Shown here piece after piece: positions 27,241 to 39,586 of a stretch of DNA of 64,000 bases (position 1 is its first letter; every line of letters starts with the position of its first letter). Position numbers and translations under genes: made by a program. The notes below the pieces were generated by a model. The model worked only from the letters and a program-made list of their open reading frames with translations. It was not told the DNA's origin and made no database searches. The stretch is from Azolla caroliniana (lineage: Eukaryota > Plantae > Polypodiophyta), in NCBI GenBank assembly GCA_043228905.1, contig JBHGNT010000001.1:23870001-23934000 (forward strand). The letters are read 5' to 3'.

Positions 27241-28665
27241 GCTTGAGGGGGCGTGTTAAGAATCAAGCTCAACATAGTGCAACGTGTGAACACACCTTTG
27301 AGAATCTATGTGCACTCAAAGGTCAAGAGTCATACCACTCTCTACACATTAAACTATGTGTCATAGAATCATATTCTATGACACATAACTAATGAGTTCC
27401 ATATTCCCCATGACTATGAGTCTTCACATTCCCCAAGAGAGAGATTGGTTGTTGTATGTTAATGAAGAGAGAGCGTGACTCTATATAAAGCACCCTCCTC
27501 ATACTTCATACTAAGTCGGTGGTGACTCCTTGTAATGCTACAGTTTTGTATCTTTATTCTACTTGTGAAATATACACCTTCTTCTTGAGTATTTTATTTC
27601 TCTTGCTTATCTATCTTGTGTTCTCTTCTCTCCTCTATTTTTCTCACACACACACACATAACACACAAATCTATTCTGTTGCACAAAGATCACCATCAAT
27701 TCTTTACAATAATGTCATGTTCTCAATAGATTATTAGTAGATTATCTATTTCAAGTTCTAGGCATTTTTAGACCGTTCTAGAACTAGAAGGTTCTAGAGG
27801 GTTCCATAATATTTCTCCAGAATATTCTAATGCATGTACTTCGACTCACAGTATAAATACTTGTAACCTCTGTGGTCCCTTTCAAGGGATTCAATGCCAG
27901 TCATTGACACATCAATCTAGTATTCTTGTTTAGCCCCATCTTCTAACCTTGCTCTACATCTCTGTCTTTATGCTCTTGTATTAATTCTAGCATCTTAAGT
28001 TCCTCATCTCGTCGCTCCAAACTTCTCGAGTTTCTAGCCTCATCATGTTTAATTCCACGTTCGTAACCATATCGGGCATAGCCTCGTCATTCATGCTCTG
28101 TCGTAGTACGCGGTTGGTGTGTCTGTGACATAGTGATGCGCCATGTACTCATTATACCCATACCGTTTGATAGGGTTCTTCTAGCGGGTCGATCGGCATA
28201 ACTTCTTGGTAGCCGATTTCAAGGCCCTCTTGGCTAACTTGAACTTCATCTCCGAAGGTCCATCTTCATTTTGTCCGGAGTCGGATTCCCTCCGATCCAA
28301 CTCTTCCCTGTCGGTGTTGTATTCTTGGCATCTTCTTCTTCCCTTTCTCTCTACGGTTGAGTCTCCACTACTCGCCGGCTCTTCATCTGACTGGTCATTC
28401 CAACTCAGTCGTTCATTCAGCCCACTTAGCTTGAATGAGATCGGACTCCCGTCCAGAGTATTGAATCATTCTTCATCTTCTCCCCATATCGATTCGAGTT
28501 CAATGCCCTCATCCTCCATAATCGAGTTGGAGTCGGACATCGGAGCGGGTAGAGAGTACCATGATGCTGACTCGTCAAATTCGACATCGCGACTCACTCG
28601 GACTTGTTTTGTTTGGGGGTTATAGCACTTATAACCCTTTTGCTCATGTGAGTAGCCGACAAGGA

Positions 28666-28928
28666 TGTTGAACACAGTGCTCGGCCACAATCGAGGAATA
28701 GGATCAACTCACAGAAAACAGGAAATACAAAATGCACGAAGACAATAGAGAGAAGAGTGCACAGGATGTTTTACGTGGAAAACCCTAAATGGGAAAAACC
28801 ACGGGAGTCCTCAAACTCCAACTATCACTATAATCAGAGATGTACAATGGTGAAGCTACAAGGCAACAACCTTGAGCTCACTGTCTTCGCCACAGGCGGC
28901 GGTAATACACAGAGGCAACGACCTCTTC

Positions 28929-28975
<47 letters not shown>

Positions 28976-29281
28976 CTGCTCTCTTCACTCTCTTGCACAC
29001 ATAAGAGTGGCAATACACAGAAAAATGAGCAACAACATTAAAACTGTTTGCCCTAAGTCATATTTATACACATATGACTTTCGGGCTATTTACAATTATA
29101 GCCTCAAGGGCCCTTGGCAAACATATTCACAAATATGTCCCCGCATCCGGATCTCTCTCCGGGTACATTCGTCATCTGGCTCCGTAGCCGGGGTCTTCAT
29201 CATCCGGCTCCGTAGCCGGGGTCTTCATTCCCGATTCCCGGACATCCGACCATCCCATCCGGAGGGACCGTAATCCCAACA
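28666..29281 (-). mobile_element. Solo LTR of the D family, inside the Copia C integrase
   Basis: Perfect TSD AAGGA (28661-28665 / 29282-29286); TGTTG...CAACA termini; shares cgtggaaaaccc...gggaaaaaccacgg and gccctaagtcatattta with D. Confidence 0.92.
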
Positions 29282-30641
29282 AAGGATGCACTTCTCCGAC
29301 TTCGGGTCTAGGTTTCTCTACTTCTCATCCGGTACATGCACATAGGCAATGCCACCGAATACCTTGAGGTGTCTTAAATTCGGCTTCTTCCCGAGATACA
29401 ATTCATGTGCTGACACCTTGTCCCTGATCTGGTTTTGACAACTCCCAGTTGCTCCGGCTTTCCAGATATGAGAACCACTCTTCGTGGCTCGTCGTGTGGT
29501 CAGATGCTCCGGAGTCAATGCACCACACTTCCTCCGATCCGGTAGAGGTCTTCTTCATTGAGTTTGCCTTGTGCTTCATCATGAAGGTTGGCCCTTTTCC
29601 GGTCTTACCGGTTCCGGATCCTTCTGATCCTTCGACGTAGTGCAAGCTTTGTCGGCTCCCTTGTCCGGTCTTGTCGGATCTGGATTTGTCTGGATCGGTG
29701 CTCTTCTTCCAACACTCGCTTTCCCAGTGGCCTTTCTTGCCACCATACCAACATTTTGTATCAGATTTCGATTGTCGGTTTCCGACGCCGCTTTGACTCC
29801 CCTTGTTTGTGGACGGTATGGAACTGTTGTCGGTACTATCTATTTGCCTCCGATTCGGCTCTTGCCGGCCGCTACTTTTGTGTGTTGGCCCACCTCGTCA
29901 TCCATGCCCACAGGGCCTATCCGCCTCCGTGTACAACATCCGGTTGTCTAATTAAGTGGTCCTCAACCCACTCGCGTGGTTTTCTTCGACCACGAGCATC
30001 GATTGCAAGTCGAAGAAAGGCGGTGGCTTCTCCCGGGTGCAAATTGCCGTCCGGATTGACCCATATCGGTGTGCTAGACCACCGAGGTAGATCTTACCCA
30101 TCTCATCTTCATCCACCTTCATGTTGATGGACCCGAGTGTGTCACAGTTCTCCTTGATCTTGGTGGTGTAGTTGGTGACCAACATGTCCTGTTGTCATCT
30201 ACTGTTCAGCTCTTGCCGAAGCAGCAACTTCTGAGCCGTGGCACTTGTGGCGAAAATCTTCTGAAGCTTTTCCCAAGCCTCTTTCGGTGACTTTGCATCT
30301 CTGATGTAGACGAGCATATGGTCGTGCACACAAGACGCGAGGTAATATGGCACTCTGCTCGCTCCTTGCTCCCATGTTGGGAAGTCCTTGTGTGTTGAAT
30401 CCGGCACTGCTACATTTGCTCCTTCCATGTAGCTCCAGTATCCGTGCCCCAACAAGTAGTGGTGCATTTTATACGACCACGACGCATACTTGCTCCGGTC
30501 AAGCTTTTCTGTAGGAAGTGAGCTCACCATGTTTCTGTCCATATCTTTCTTCTCTCTTCTGTTCTTTACCGGTGATTAGGGTTTGTCCGTTTCAAGAAAT
30601 TGTCGGCAACAGAGGTTCTCAACCCTTGCGTTCTGATACCA

Positions 30642-31075
30642 TGAAAAGAGTAGCATGTGGAAGTTTATAGACGGAACCAGCTTCACCAGATAGTAACAAA
30701 GAGTAAGCATAGGTATAATGGAAGCTTCAGAACAAAGAATACACAAGAGAGATAGAGAGAGTTGAATAGCATAGCCTCAATTCAAAATAATAACCCTCTA
30801 TACATACAATGTGCTCAGTGAACACTTTTATACAAGTCCTTAAAAGGACTAACAGAAATACTGACATGTACTTCAATGCTCATACGAGTGACTAACATTG
30901 ACTCCTAGAAATATGCCTACGTACTAGGCTACGATCATAGACCTCTAACAGCCTACTGGTTACAATCCGATCCGGCTCTTGGTTCCAGAAACCGATCCGG
31001 TTCTCCATTTCGGATACCGATCCGGCCCTAGCTTATTCAGCCGATCCGGATCCGGTTGAGCTTGTCTGCTCAACA
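30642..31075 (-). repeat. 5' LTR of Copia C, followed by a tRNA-iMet PBS at 30631-30641
   Basis: Minus strand reads TGTTGAGCAG...CTCTTTTCA then TGGTATCAGAA; similar to the LTRs of element F. Confidence 0.85.
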
Positions 31076-31459
31076 CCCTTAAACTCCTTTACTTCAACAT
31101 TAATGACCATCCTCCCCTTTGAAATGTGAATTGTCCTAGACTTTCTACGCCTTCAAAATTGTGATGATACTATACAAGAATTCGATGGAACAACATTGTT
31201 AAGGGAAAGAACTATGATGTTTGCTACTCTCCTAAACCTTATAAGGCTTAGTATTTTCGGAAATGTTGGCCTTTAGCTAAATTGTAAATTTGTATGTAAC
31301 TTGGCCAAATGAATTGTGGGGAACTACCGTTTATTAGGTAAGAATGGTCAAATGGGATTGGATTGTAAGGTGAAAGGGACGACACTTTAGGGTTGGAACC
31401 CAACCTGTATAAAAGTTAACAAGGAAGCAAACCTTGTTATAGCAATTGAATGTGAATAA

Positions 31460-31531
31460 TGCCCCCACTGAGGATCGAACTCAAGACCTTCAGTTTACAA
31501 GACTGACGCTCTACCACTGAGCTATAGAGGC
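31460..31531 (-). tRNA. tRNA-Thr(TGT)
   Basis: GCCTCTATAGCTCAGTGGTAGAGCGTCAGTCTTGTAAACTGAAGGTCTTGAGTTCGATCCTCAGTGGGGGCA: full cloverleaf with anticodon arm TCAGT-CTTGTAA-ACTGA. Confidence 0.95.
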
Positions 31532-31666
31532 TTACGAAAAAGAGAGTTCAATTTTATTAATAATATCCTTGTTTGCCTCTCTCTCTAGCAATAAAATGTC
31601 TCTCTCTTGATATGCTCTCTCTCTCTCTCTCTCTCTGTGTCAGTTTCTGTGTTTCTGATCGGGGGG

Positions 31667-32384
31667 ATGGGTAATGCGTGCTGCGGACCTCATCCCTCCT
31701 CCTCCTCTTCTCCTTCTTCTAATCCTCCTCCTCCTCCCCCCTCTTCCGCTGTTTCGAATGGCAGAGGAAGGTCAGAGGAGAGGAGGGCGAAAGACCAAGA
31801 AGCCAGAGCTATGGCGGCTCTCGCAGCAGAAGAAAGGTACGAATCTCTCAGATCTACTATTACTACTCATATCGATTCAAATTTTCTGTTTTATTTTCTT
31901 TCTTTGTACAGGCCCTTATTCATAATCATCATCTTCTTTATCTAGGGTTCTCTCTCTCTCTCTCTCTCTCTTTATATATATATAATAATATATATATATA
32001 TATTTGTTTTGGTTTTCCTCTTTCGCTTTCTCTCGCACAAATTAGGATAAACAATTCATGCAGCAGTATGTAATTGTTTTCTTTGAACAATCGCTGTAAA
32101 CCGTAAGCCGTGCTCTCTATCTAAATGTGTTCCAGAGCTCAGAAATTTGAGAAAAGCGCAGTGGGCCGGGCAGCGAAAGCCGCCGCTGCTGCAGCCGCAG
32201 CCAAGCCCTCATCTTCATCCAGAACAGGCGAACCTGCTCTCAAGGTAAACAAAAATGGTCTCCGAATTCCCTTGCTGTTTTTGCGTTTCCTTTTGCTTCC
32301 TACAGAACTTTATCCCAGAATTTTGTCTGACTATTATGCTTTTTTGGTTCTTTTTGCTTCGTTAAAAAGTGGCAAGTGGGTTAA
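31667..32384 (+). CDS. 97-aa small VCP/p97-interacting protein (SVIP)-like protein; exons 31667-31836, 32136-32244, 32370-32384
   Basis: GT-AG introns keep the frame: MGNACCG...EARAMAALAAEER/AQKFEKSAVGRAAKA...GEPALK/WQVG*. MGxxCC is a myristoylation/palmitoylation signature and RxxAAxAAxxR resembles a VIM. Family call is from recognition, not a search. Confidence 0.75.
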
Positions 32385-34059
32385 AAAGGACACATCAACA
32401 CCTTTGCTTCCTTGCTTGGCTACCTCGACATCATCGTCACCATTATCAACATTGGCACCATCATCCTCACTTGTATATTGGCATGGTTGACTTCAAAAAT
32501 TTCTGCTTGAGGAATGCTTTTTGGGTCTAGCCTGTTTTCTTCCTCGCACTATACGCCCCTCAGCATCATGGTCAGCATTGAAATTCATCATTATTGAAAT
32601 CGGCATCATCATTATCACTTATATATGGGCATTGTTAACTTGGATCCTTTGGCCTGAGGATTTATTTGCCTGTTTTCTCTCTTACATTCCGTCAAATCAT
32701 TCAATGTATATACTATGCATGTCTTAGCAAATCACCATTCATGCTCATGTTATGAACATTAATGGCATAGCATTGCCACCATATGTAAATCATCAGGCGC
32801 AGGAATCTTTCGGGTTCAAGTTTCTGGGTTGTTTTCACTCATACAGCCTCAAATTGAATATTTATGAATTTATGGCTGGGGCCATTTTCTAATCAATGGT
32901 CATGTTATCAGCATCCGCATTGCATCATCAACATGTATATAAGCAGCTTCAGGGCTTCACACAAGAGCTACTAGGTTGTTTTCTTTCTTACACTCCATAA
33001 TTGGCCAATTCACTTCGTGGATAATGAACTCTTTTAAGTATTTTCTGGTCCGAGCATCCAGACATTTTCCTGTCTTGCATTCCATGGAATCAATATTATT
33101 TACATGTGGTTTGACCAACTCGCCATTCTGTAGTGGTGATGTTGTTGTTGTTGGGATATTGTTAGCATCAATCATTGGTTCAACGGTTTTTTTCCAGGTT
33201 TGGGCTTCTGGTTTATTTCTTTTCTTGCCCTACATTACGTCAAATTATTCATATGAATGTCTTTTTGGTCATAAGATTTTCATGTTCTGGCTTTCTAGGC
33301 CACTTGCTCTTTTGCAGTCCATGGAATAATTTTTTATTTATGTCTGTATCATAAAATGCGTCTCATTCTGCCAACGTGCAATTACATTGTATAAGAGATT
33401 CCAGCACAGGGTCATGATCATTATTGTTTTTTTACACAGAATATATATATCTTGTTATCGTCATTGTTTTTGTATATGCGGTCATTTCTGTCTTTATATT
33501 TGCGATGATTGAATATCCAAGGATTTCATGCGTAACATTGACTTTGTAGAGTTGAAGCAGTCTTGGTATATTTGCATAACATAGCTGCCAGCAACAATAT
33601 AGTGTAGTTTTAAAATATACATTTAGTAGATGTTAGTTTTCCAAATGACATGTTGTGTCTTAAAATGCACAATATTAGAACTAAGAACTTTAACATTTAG
33701 GGTTCCTCAGTTTTATGAGTTACCCTAGTTGTGACTCACCAATAGGAATTTTATGGGTTACACAGGAAATTGTCTAGTACTCTGACTAAGAAATGAATGA
33801 CAACTCGGCACGCCTCATGATTATGATGTATTAGCATTTGCCTATGAATATTGTTAATGCATAACCACATAAACTTGCAAGTACATATTGAATCACAATC
33901 TTTTTCATTTTATCAACAGCCATCAGAATACTATTCAGCTCTATTAATGCATACCTTTCCTGAAAGCATATGAAAGCACATCATTTTGTCAACAGAGTAC
34001 AACTGTGATGAAGGATAATTTATACCTCACTTGATTATACATTCATGCAGTTCTAACTC

Positions 34060-34342
34060 AATTATAGGTCTTAACTCAACTATAAAGAAACACCATTAGG
34101 TATTTTTATTATGTATCATTAATTAACCGTGAATGGTCACATTACAAATTAGTGATTCTCATGTCTTGGCTTGGCTACGTATAGCCTTTCTAAATCAATT
34201 ATAGGTCTTAATCCCAGAAAAGAATTGAACCTACTATAAAGAAACACCATTTGGTATTTTTATTATGTATCATTAATTAACTGTGATTGGTCACATTACA
34301 TATTAGTGATTCTCATATCTTGGCTTGGCTGCGTATAGCCTT
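34060..34342. repeat. Local direct duplication (about 140 bp, two copies) downstream of the VASt-like gene
   Basis: tataaagaaacaccatt...cttggcttggct.cgtatagcctt occurs twice. Confidence 0.85.
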
Positions 34343-34572
34343 AGGAGTAAATTAGAACTATATCTAAAAAAGAACAAGATGATTAACGCTGCCTCTACTT
34401 CAGGATGTTTCCATAAATCTCACATGTACACGTTTAAACTATCTCTTATATCTGTACATTGAATGAGGTTTCATTCTCTAATATGTACTAAACGACTTTT
34501 TTTACAAGAATAGTTATCATGGAAAAAGCAGAGAAGCGAAGACATGCATCCATCAATAATTTTACAGCCAAT

Positions 34573-37500
34573 TTATGACCTACTTCTTACTTTCATATAT
34601 GCATATCCCAGAGCAAAACCAGTAGCTAGACCCACAACCAGGGTCAATCCTTCTCTCCTTGGAATTAAAACTTGGTCTTGTTTCTTCTCCATTACCAATC
34701 GCATGCATTGAATGTCATATCGAATCTTAAGCATCTCTTCGTTCATTTTCTTTACATTGTCATCCATCTGAAGCATTTCAACATTCAGCTTCTCTACATG
34801 GCCTTGCACAACCCGACAAGAGATTTCTATCTCATTCATTTCCCGAAGAATAATTTGCATACACGATGCATCCATACTCTCTGTTGCAGTCGAGAACACA
34901 GATTTAAATCTACTTAAAATTCCATTTGCTACTCTGGTTTGATCTGTCTTTTGCATTGGTGACAAGACCCCATCCACTTGCACCCCAGATGATGGTGCAG
35001 AGAAACTCGTCGAAGTGTCATCAGCATCATAAAAGTAGTCTAGATTCTCATTAGAAAGGTGTCTTTCATCCTCTATCACACACAAAGCCAACTTCTCTTG
35101 ACAGAAAAGTTTTGCCAATGTCATCCATTCATCGAAAGTGGACCTCGCTTTACTTTCCATAAAGTTCTCAATTGTACCTACAGCATATGATAGCATAAAA
35201 AATAAATACATGATACATTCATTAAACTGATGTTTGCAATATAATACAATATAATACAAACGAATGGTCACTAAATGCAAAACCAGAAGCAAGCTTCAAC
35301 TTATTCTATACTTACCATCCAACCCCCACATACCCTTGCATTCCACAACTGTATTAACGACAATTATGCAACCCTTGCTGCTTTCATCAGGTAACAGTTC
35401 AGTTTCTACTTCTGTCCTAGTATAGCTTCCTATGGGAGATCCAATGACAGGACTACAAGTGAGTTTGTAAGAATTTCCCTTCTTACAGTACCTTTGAACC
35501 TCCGTTACCGGAAACGAATCACCTGTACGAGGCAAACATCAGAATTGCACAAACTAAAGCCTCCATCAATAGTACTTTATATAATAGCACTTATGGAGCG
35601 CATGTTTAGGAAATAAAAGTTTGTCCTCATTTTGGCAGAAATATAGTATCAGCCACAAGAACCAAGACAAAACCTAGATCTCAAAGTATGTTATCGGATG
35701 AAAAAAGAAAGTCCACTGCTAAATTATGGCTAGCTATAACTTTCTCAAAGTTATTTATCAGACGAAAAAGCCAAGTTCAAACCCTAACTAATTACAAATC
35801 ATAACACTGCACACTATTTCAGCAGGTTGAACACCAATTGGAGGCACCCAAAAATATTCCAGCAGCACAAGATCATTGTTTGTGATCAGGTTTCCGGCTG
35901 CACAGGAACATCCTATTCTGCCAATTTATATGTGCAGTCTCATTGATGTTTCCACGTGCCATAATTAGAACGGGAGCTATGCATCATATTTACTTCATGA
36001 TCTTATTTCTCTTTATCCTCTTTGTATGTTTCATCATTCATACAGGATGTTCATGAAGACCTCTTTAATTCTTGACCCATACACATACCAGAGAACTCTT
36101 AAAATCCTGTGCGTATACTACGCTATCCTTCATCCTGTACCTACACTATGCTATCCTCTTCCATCATTCATACAGGATGTTCATAAGACACCTCTTTAAT
36201 TCGTTGTCTACACATACACTGGATAACTCTTAAAATTCTGTACATATGCTATGCTATACATATGTTCAGATATTTTAGAACCATGAACCTAAGCAGATAT
36301 TTTTCCATACACTTTACTGGATCTATTTGCCTTAGATATTTCATAATTTGGATGAATTATAAAGAACAACACACATAAGGAGATTGTTCTAAACAACCAG
36401 TTCAAGTAATCTGAGCTCATAAAGTCAGTTTTATTAATCTGAGCTCATGTCAAGGCCGACAAGTACCACAATTTGAAAGGTCTGTGTCCCAATAGAAGTT
36501 TGTTTAGAACAACCACTTAGATTGACCTCCAATTGACTCGCTTCTACTAATCTGAGATAATTGTGAAGGCCTACAAATACCACAAACTGCATAGTCTGGT
36601 ACCCTTCTAAACGCCTCCTGCTATATTGTGACGTAAAAGCAATCATTTCTACTGATCTGAGCTGATCATTTCTCGTTTGAGCCCATGTTAAGGCATAAAA
36701 ATAGCAGAAATATCAAATTTTGGAACCCTCGAAAGCCTATCCCCAACACAATTATCTCAAATAAACAAAGTCACTTCTATTAATCTGAACTCATGCCAAT
36801 GCTAACAAATACCACAATTTTCATATTTGGAAGCCGTTTTAGTTCAACTCTGAATTATTTTTCAAAGAAACCAGTTGAAGATAATGCAAGAGAAGCAATT
36901 AACCTGATCAAACAGTCAATTGTGTCTTGAGCCAACATCATAGTGGCACTTCTTTGACAACTTATCCTTGATCTTAAAAAAAACACTAAAATGAAAACTG
37001 TGCAAGTCTAGAGGAGAAGCCTACCAGCAACCTTCGCTATCATTTTTGGAGCCTGTGTAGATGCAACATACTTCACAACCCGTTCATTATATTCATTCCA
37101 ATTGGAAGCTTCAGCATCTGGATCATAATTGAACTTCTTGTGGAATCTCTTTGTAAATTCATCATTTCCAAATAAAATGTTGAAAACAGTCTGAAAATGC
37201 AGGCAGACAGATGAGGAATCAACATGGAGGAAGGAAAGAAAACCTAGGATTCTTCCAGAAGTGTTTGACACGGTCGGAAAAATAGATAGATAGATAGATA
37301 GATTATGAATGTAGCATAAGAAGAAGGAAAAAAGACAAAGAAAATCCATGAATTCGCCAAACTAAAACATGAAAACGGTCTGCAACACAGATGAAAAGAC
37401 GATCTACCTAATTACGGGGAAGTAAGGAAAGAAAAACGAAAATCCAGAATTGGCCAATTGTTCAAAAGAAAAGGAAAGTAAGAGAATTTAACAGAAGTTT

Positions 37501-37823
37501 GAAAATTGTCTGCAATGTCAAACACAAACACAATCTCTCGATATAGACAGACAGAAGGAGGAAAGAAAGAAATTTAAAACTTGACAAACAAAAATGTGGA
37601 AGAAAACACGTTGCAATAAAACAAAAAATACACAATTTCCTTAACTAGCTCCTGAAAAGAATCTGCAACACAGGAACATAGAGGATCGACGAACACGGGA
37701 GAGATAAAGAGAGGAAAAAAATTAAGCATTTTTCAGCAAGGAAGAAGACAATCCGATCTCTTGTGTGTTCACCTCGGGGGGAATGAAATCGATGTTGTCT
37801 TTCAATGTGACGTTCTTCACCAT
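34573..37823 (-). CDS. 342-aa VASt/StART-like lipid-transfer domain protein with coiled coil and C-terminal membrane anchor; exons 37823-37773, 37190-37025, 35522-35316, 35177-34573
   Basis: Four exons with GT-AG borders total 1029 nt in frame. VASt-like pattern VFNILFGNDEF..ASNW..RVVKY..VTEVQRY..IENFMESKARSTFDEW; C-terminal GLTLVVGLATGFALGYAYMKVRSRS. Confidence 0.75.
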
Positions 37824-39586
37824 ATCTCCGATCAATGAAGACTAAGACGGCGATGACGACGACAGTGGTAGTGATGAAGGAAATTTGCTACGATTTCTGC
37901 TCGTTCAAGGTTATCTCGGATCAGAGCATGAAAGGAACAGAAAAAGAAGAAAGAATCCTAATTTAGACACGACAAGAGAAGGGAGGAATTTATTTATTTT
38001 TTAAAAGCAGGGGCAGCAGAAAAGAAACCCTAGTTCTGACAGAGAAGTGAAGGAAGGAGTGTGTTATTTTCCTCTCTCATGAGTCATAATAATAAAAAAA
38101 CAATTAACAATAAAAAAGGAGGAAATCAATTTTATTACCTCTCTCTTGTTTTAGATAATTCCCATAATGCCCCTCCCTCTCCTCCCCCCCCCAAAAAAGA
38201 ATTGAAGGTTCTCAAGAACCTAGCAAGAGAGAGCCATAAGTTTACTTCAAGGCGGAGAAATGTGATTGAATTTGACACCCTCTCCCATCAACTATCTCAT
38301 GATTGATAATGTGTTCCATTCTCCCAGTTGTGTTACTTTTCTGCTAATCACAAGCCAGTTGGTAGTTAGAAAATGACACTCATCAAAAGTTAAGATCAAT
38401 AAATGATAAACTTAATAGTGATGTATTGTCCTCCAAGGTATGGTCATGCAGGTCCGGTGTTCTTGATCTTTGAATGGTGGTGTAAATCCACTCATAAGCA
38501 TCGACATATGTAATAGGCAAGTCGTCACTAAACAGTCAATAATATGTGGCACTCAAAGTGCAATATATTGAGACGCGAATTGTGAACCATGAGTTTGCGC
38601 ACAATCACCATATTTGGAGAGGGGGAAACGTGAATGCTAGGCATATGCGATTGAAATGGGACAATATATACATTTACATATATCATCGACATCAATACAC
38701 ACATAGTAGAGGGTGAAGTGCAAAATTGAAGCCAATCATTTCGTAGGTGGGCAGGCGTGGTTCGTTGAGGTTGAGAGATAGATAGGTAGATTCTATTATT
38801 GTAGTTGGAGGTCAAATATGACCTATGGGACCAAGAATATAACATTTCACGTAATATATATGTGATAGTTAGAGGATCGAGAGTTTGGTTGAAGATTGTG
38901 TAGGAAGAAGCATAGTCGAATGTGATCAAAGGGAGGGGATTATACCAAAGTGCCACACTCAAAGACTCTCGAACTTGTTTCGGGCAAAGTGTGCGTAGCC
39001 AGTCAGCCATTCTCATCACTTTGTGCCCCAAATTGCCCCTTGTCTGACATCGCGAGCAATGTGTGTGAGCTAAGTAAGTGTCATGGAAGCAATGGTTCAC
39101 AGGAGACAACGAGATGGGCTGTAAAATGTGTGTGAGAAAGAAAGATATATTAACGTCTTCCAAGAGGCGAAAGTGGCGTATAAGAAGACGAAAGAAGAGA
39201 TTATACATCTTAAAGTGTTGTTGTCTCGTATTTGAGAGAGAATGAGAGTGAGAGAGGACACGATCGTGTGTGAAACCGACCAAACCATGAGACAGGAAGG
39301 GTCAACACAAAGGCCGGCCTGTGCCGCCTGCTTCCTTCTTCTCTTCTCTTCTCTTCTCTCTCTCTCTCTCTCTCTTACTTACAGCTGGCACAACCTGAAG
39401 GGACCACCCCTTCCCTTTCTTCTGCAGATTTCTAGGGTTCTTTTTTTTGGGCCCTGCTGTGCAACACAAAATTGATCTTCTTCTTCTGCTTCTTCTTCTT
39501 CTTCTGGTGCTTTCTTTAGCAGAAGGGCTATACATTCCCTCCCTTTCCTTCCTTCCGTTCTTTTGTTTCAGGGGGGGGGAGCTCCC

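Larger units (their letters stand above)
4556..27708 (+). mobile_element. Full-length Ty1/Copia element B, interrupted by D, E and F; LTRs 4556-4892 and 27254-27708
   Basis: Perfect TSD ATAAT (4551-4555 / 27709-27713); matching LTRs TGTTAAGAATCAAGC...TTCTTTACA; PBS TGGTATCAGAGC at 4893-4904; PPT at 27245-27253. Gag-pol pieces at about 5060-5195, 10166-10352, 16631-17543 and 24127-27240 rejoin across the TSDs. Confidence 0.95.
3784..28130 (+). mobile_element. Non-autonomous LTR element N1 (non-coding, 48-bp repeat array), split by Copia B; own sequence at 3784-4555 and 27709-28130
   Basis: Termini TGTCACGGAC...CTGTGACA; TSD TATTG/TAGTG (3779-3783 / 28131-28135); PPT aaaggggagga at 4541-4551; homologous to N2. 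5' LTR truncated just before its TATA box at about 4025. Confidence 0.85.
2402..31075 (-). mobile_element. Ty1/Copia element C, outermost member of the nest; own sequence at 2402-3783, 28131-28665 and 29287-31075; degenerate
   Basis: RNase H/RT at 2402-3783 continues at 28131 (tacgca-TA[T/G]TG-atgcgccatgtac, colinear with element F at about 20150). Gag KLDRSKYASWSYKMHHYLLG at 30195-30542. Integrase core deleted near 29435. Confidence 0.85.

Noticed and set aside
35178-35292. N-terminus of the 239-aa ORF 34573-35292 as a signal peptide
   Set aside because: It is mostly intron 3 of the VASt-like gene (GT-AG, 35315-35178).
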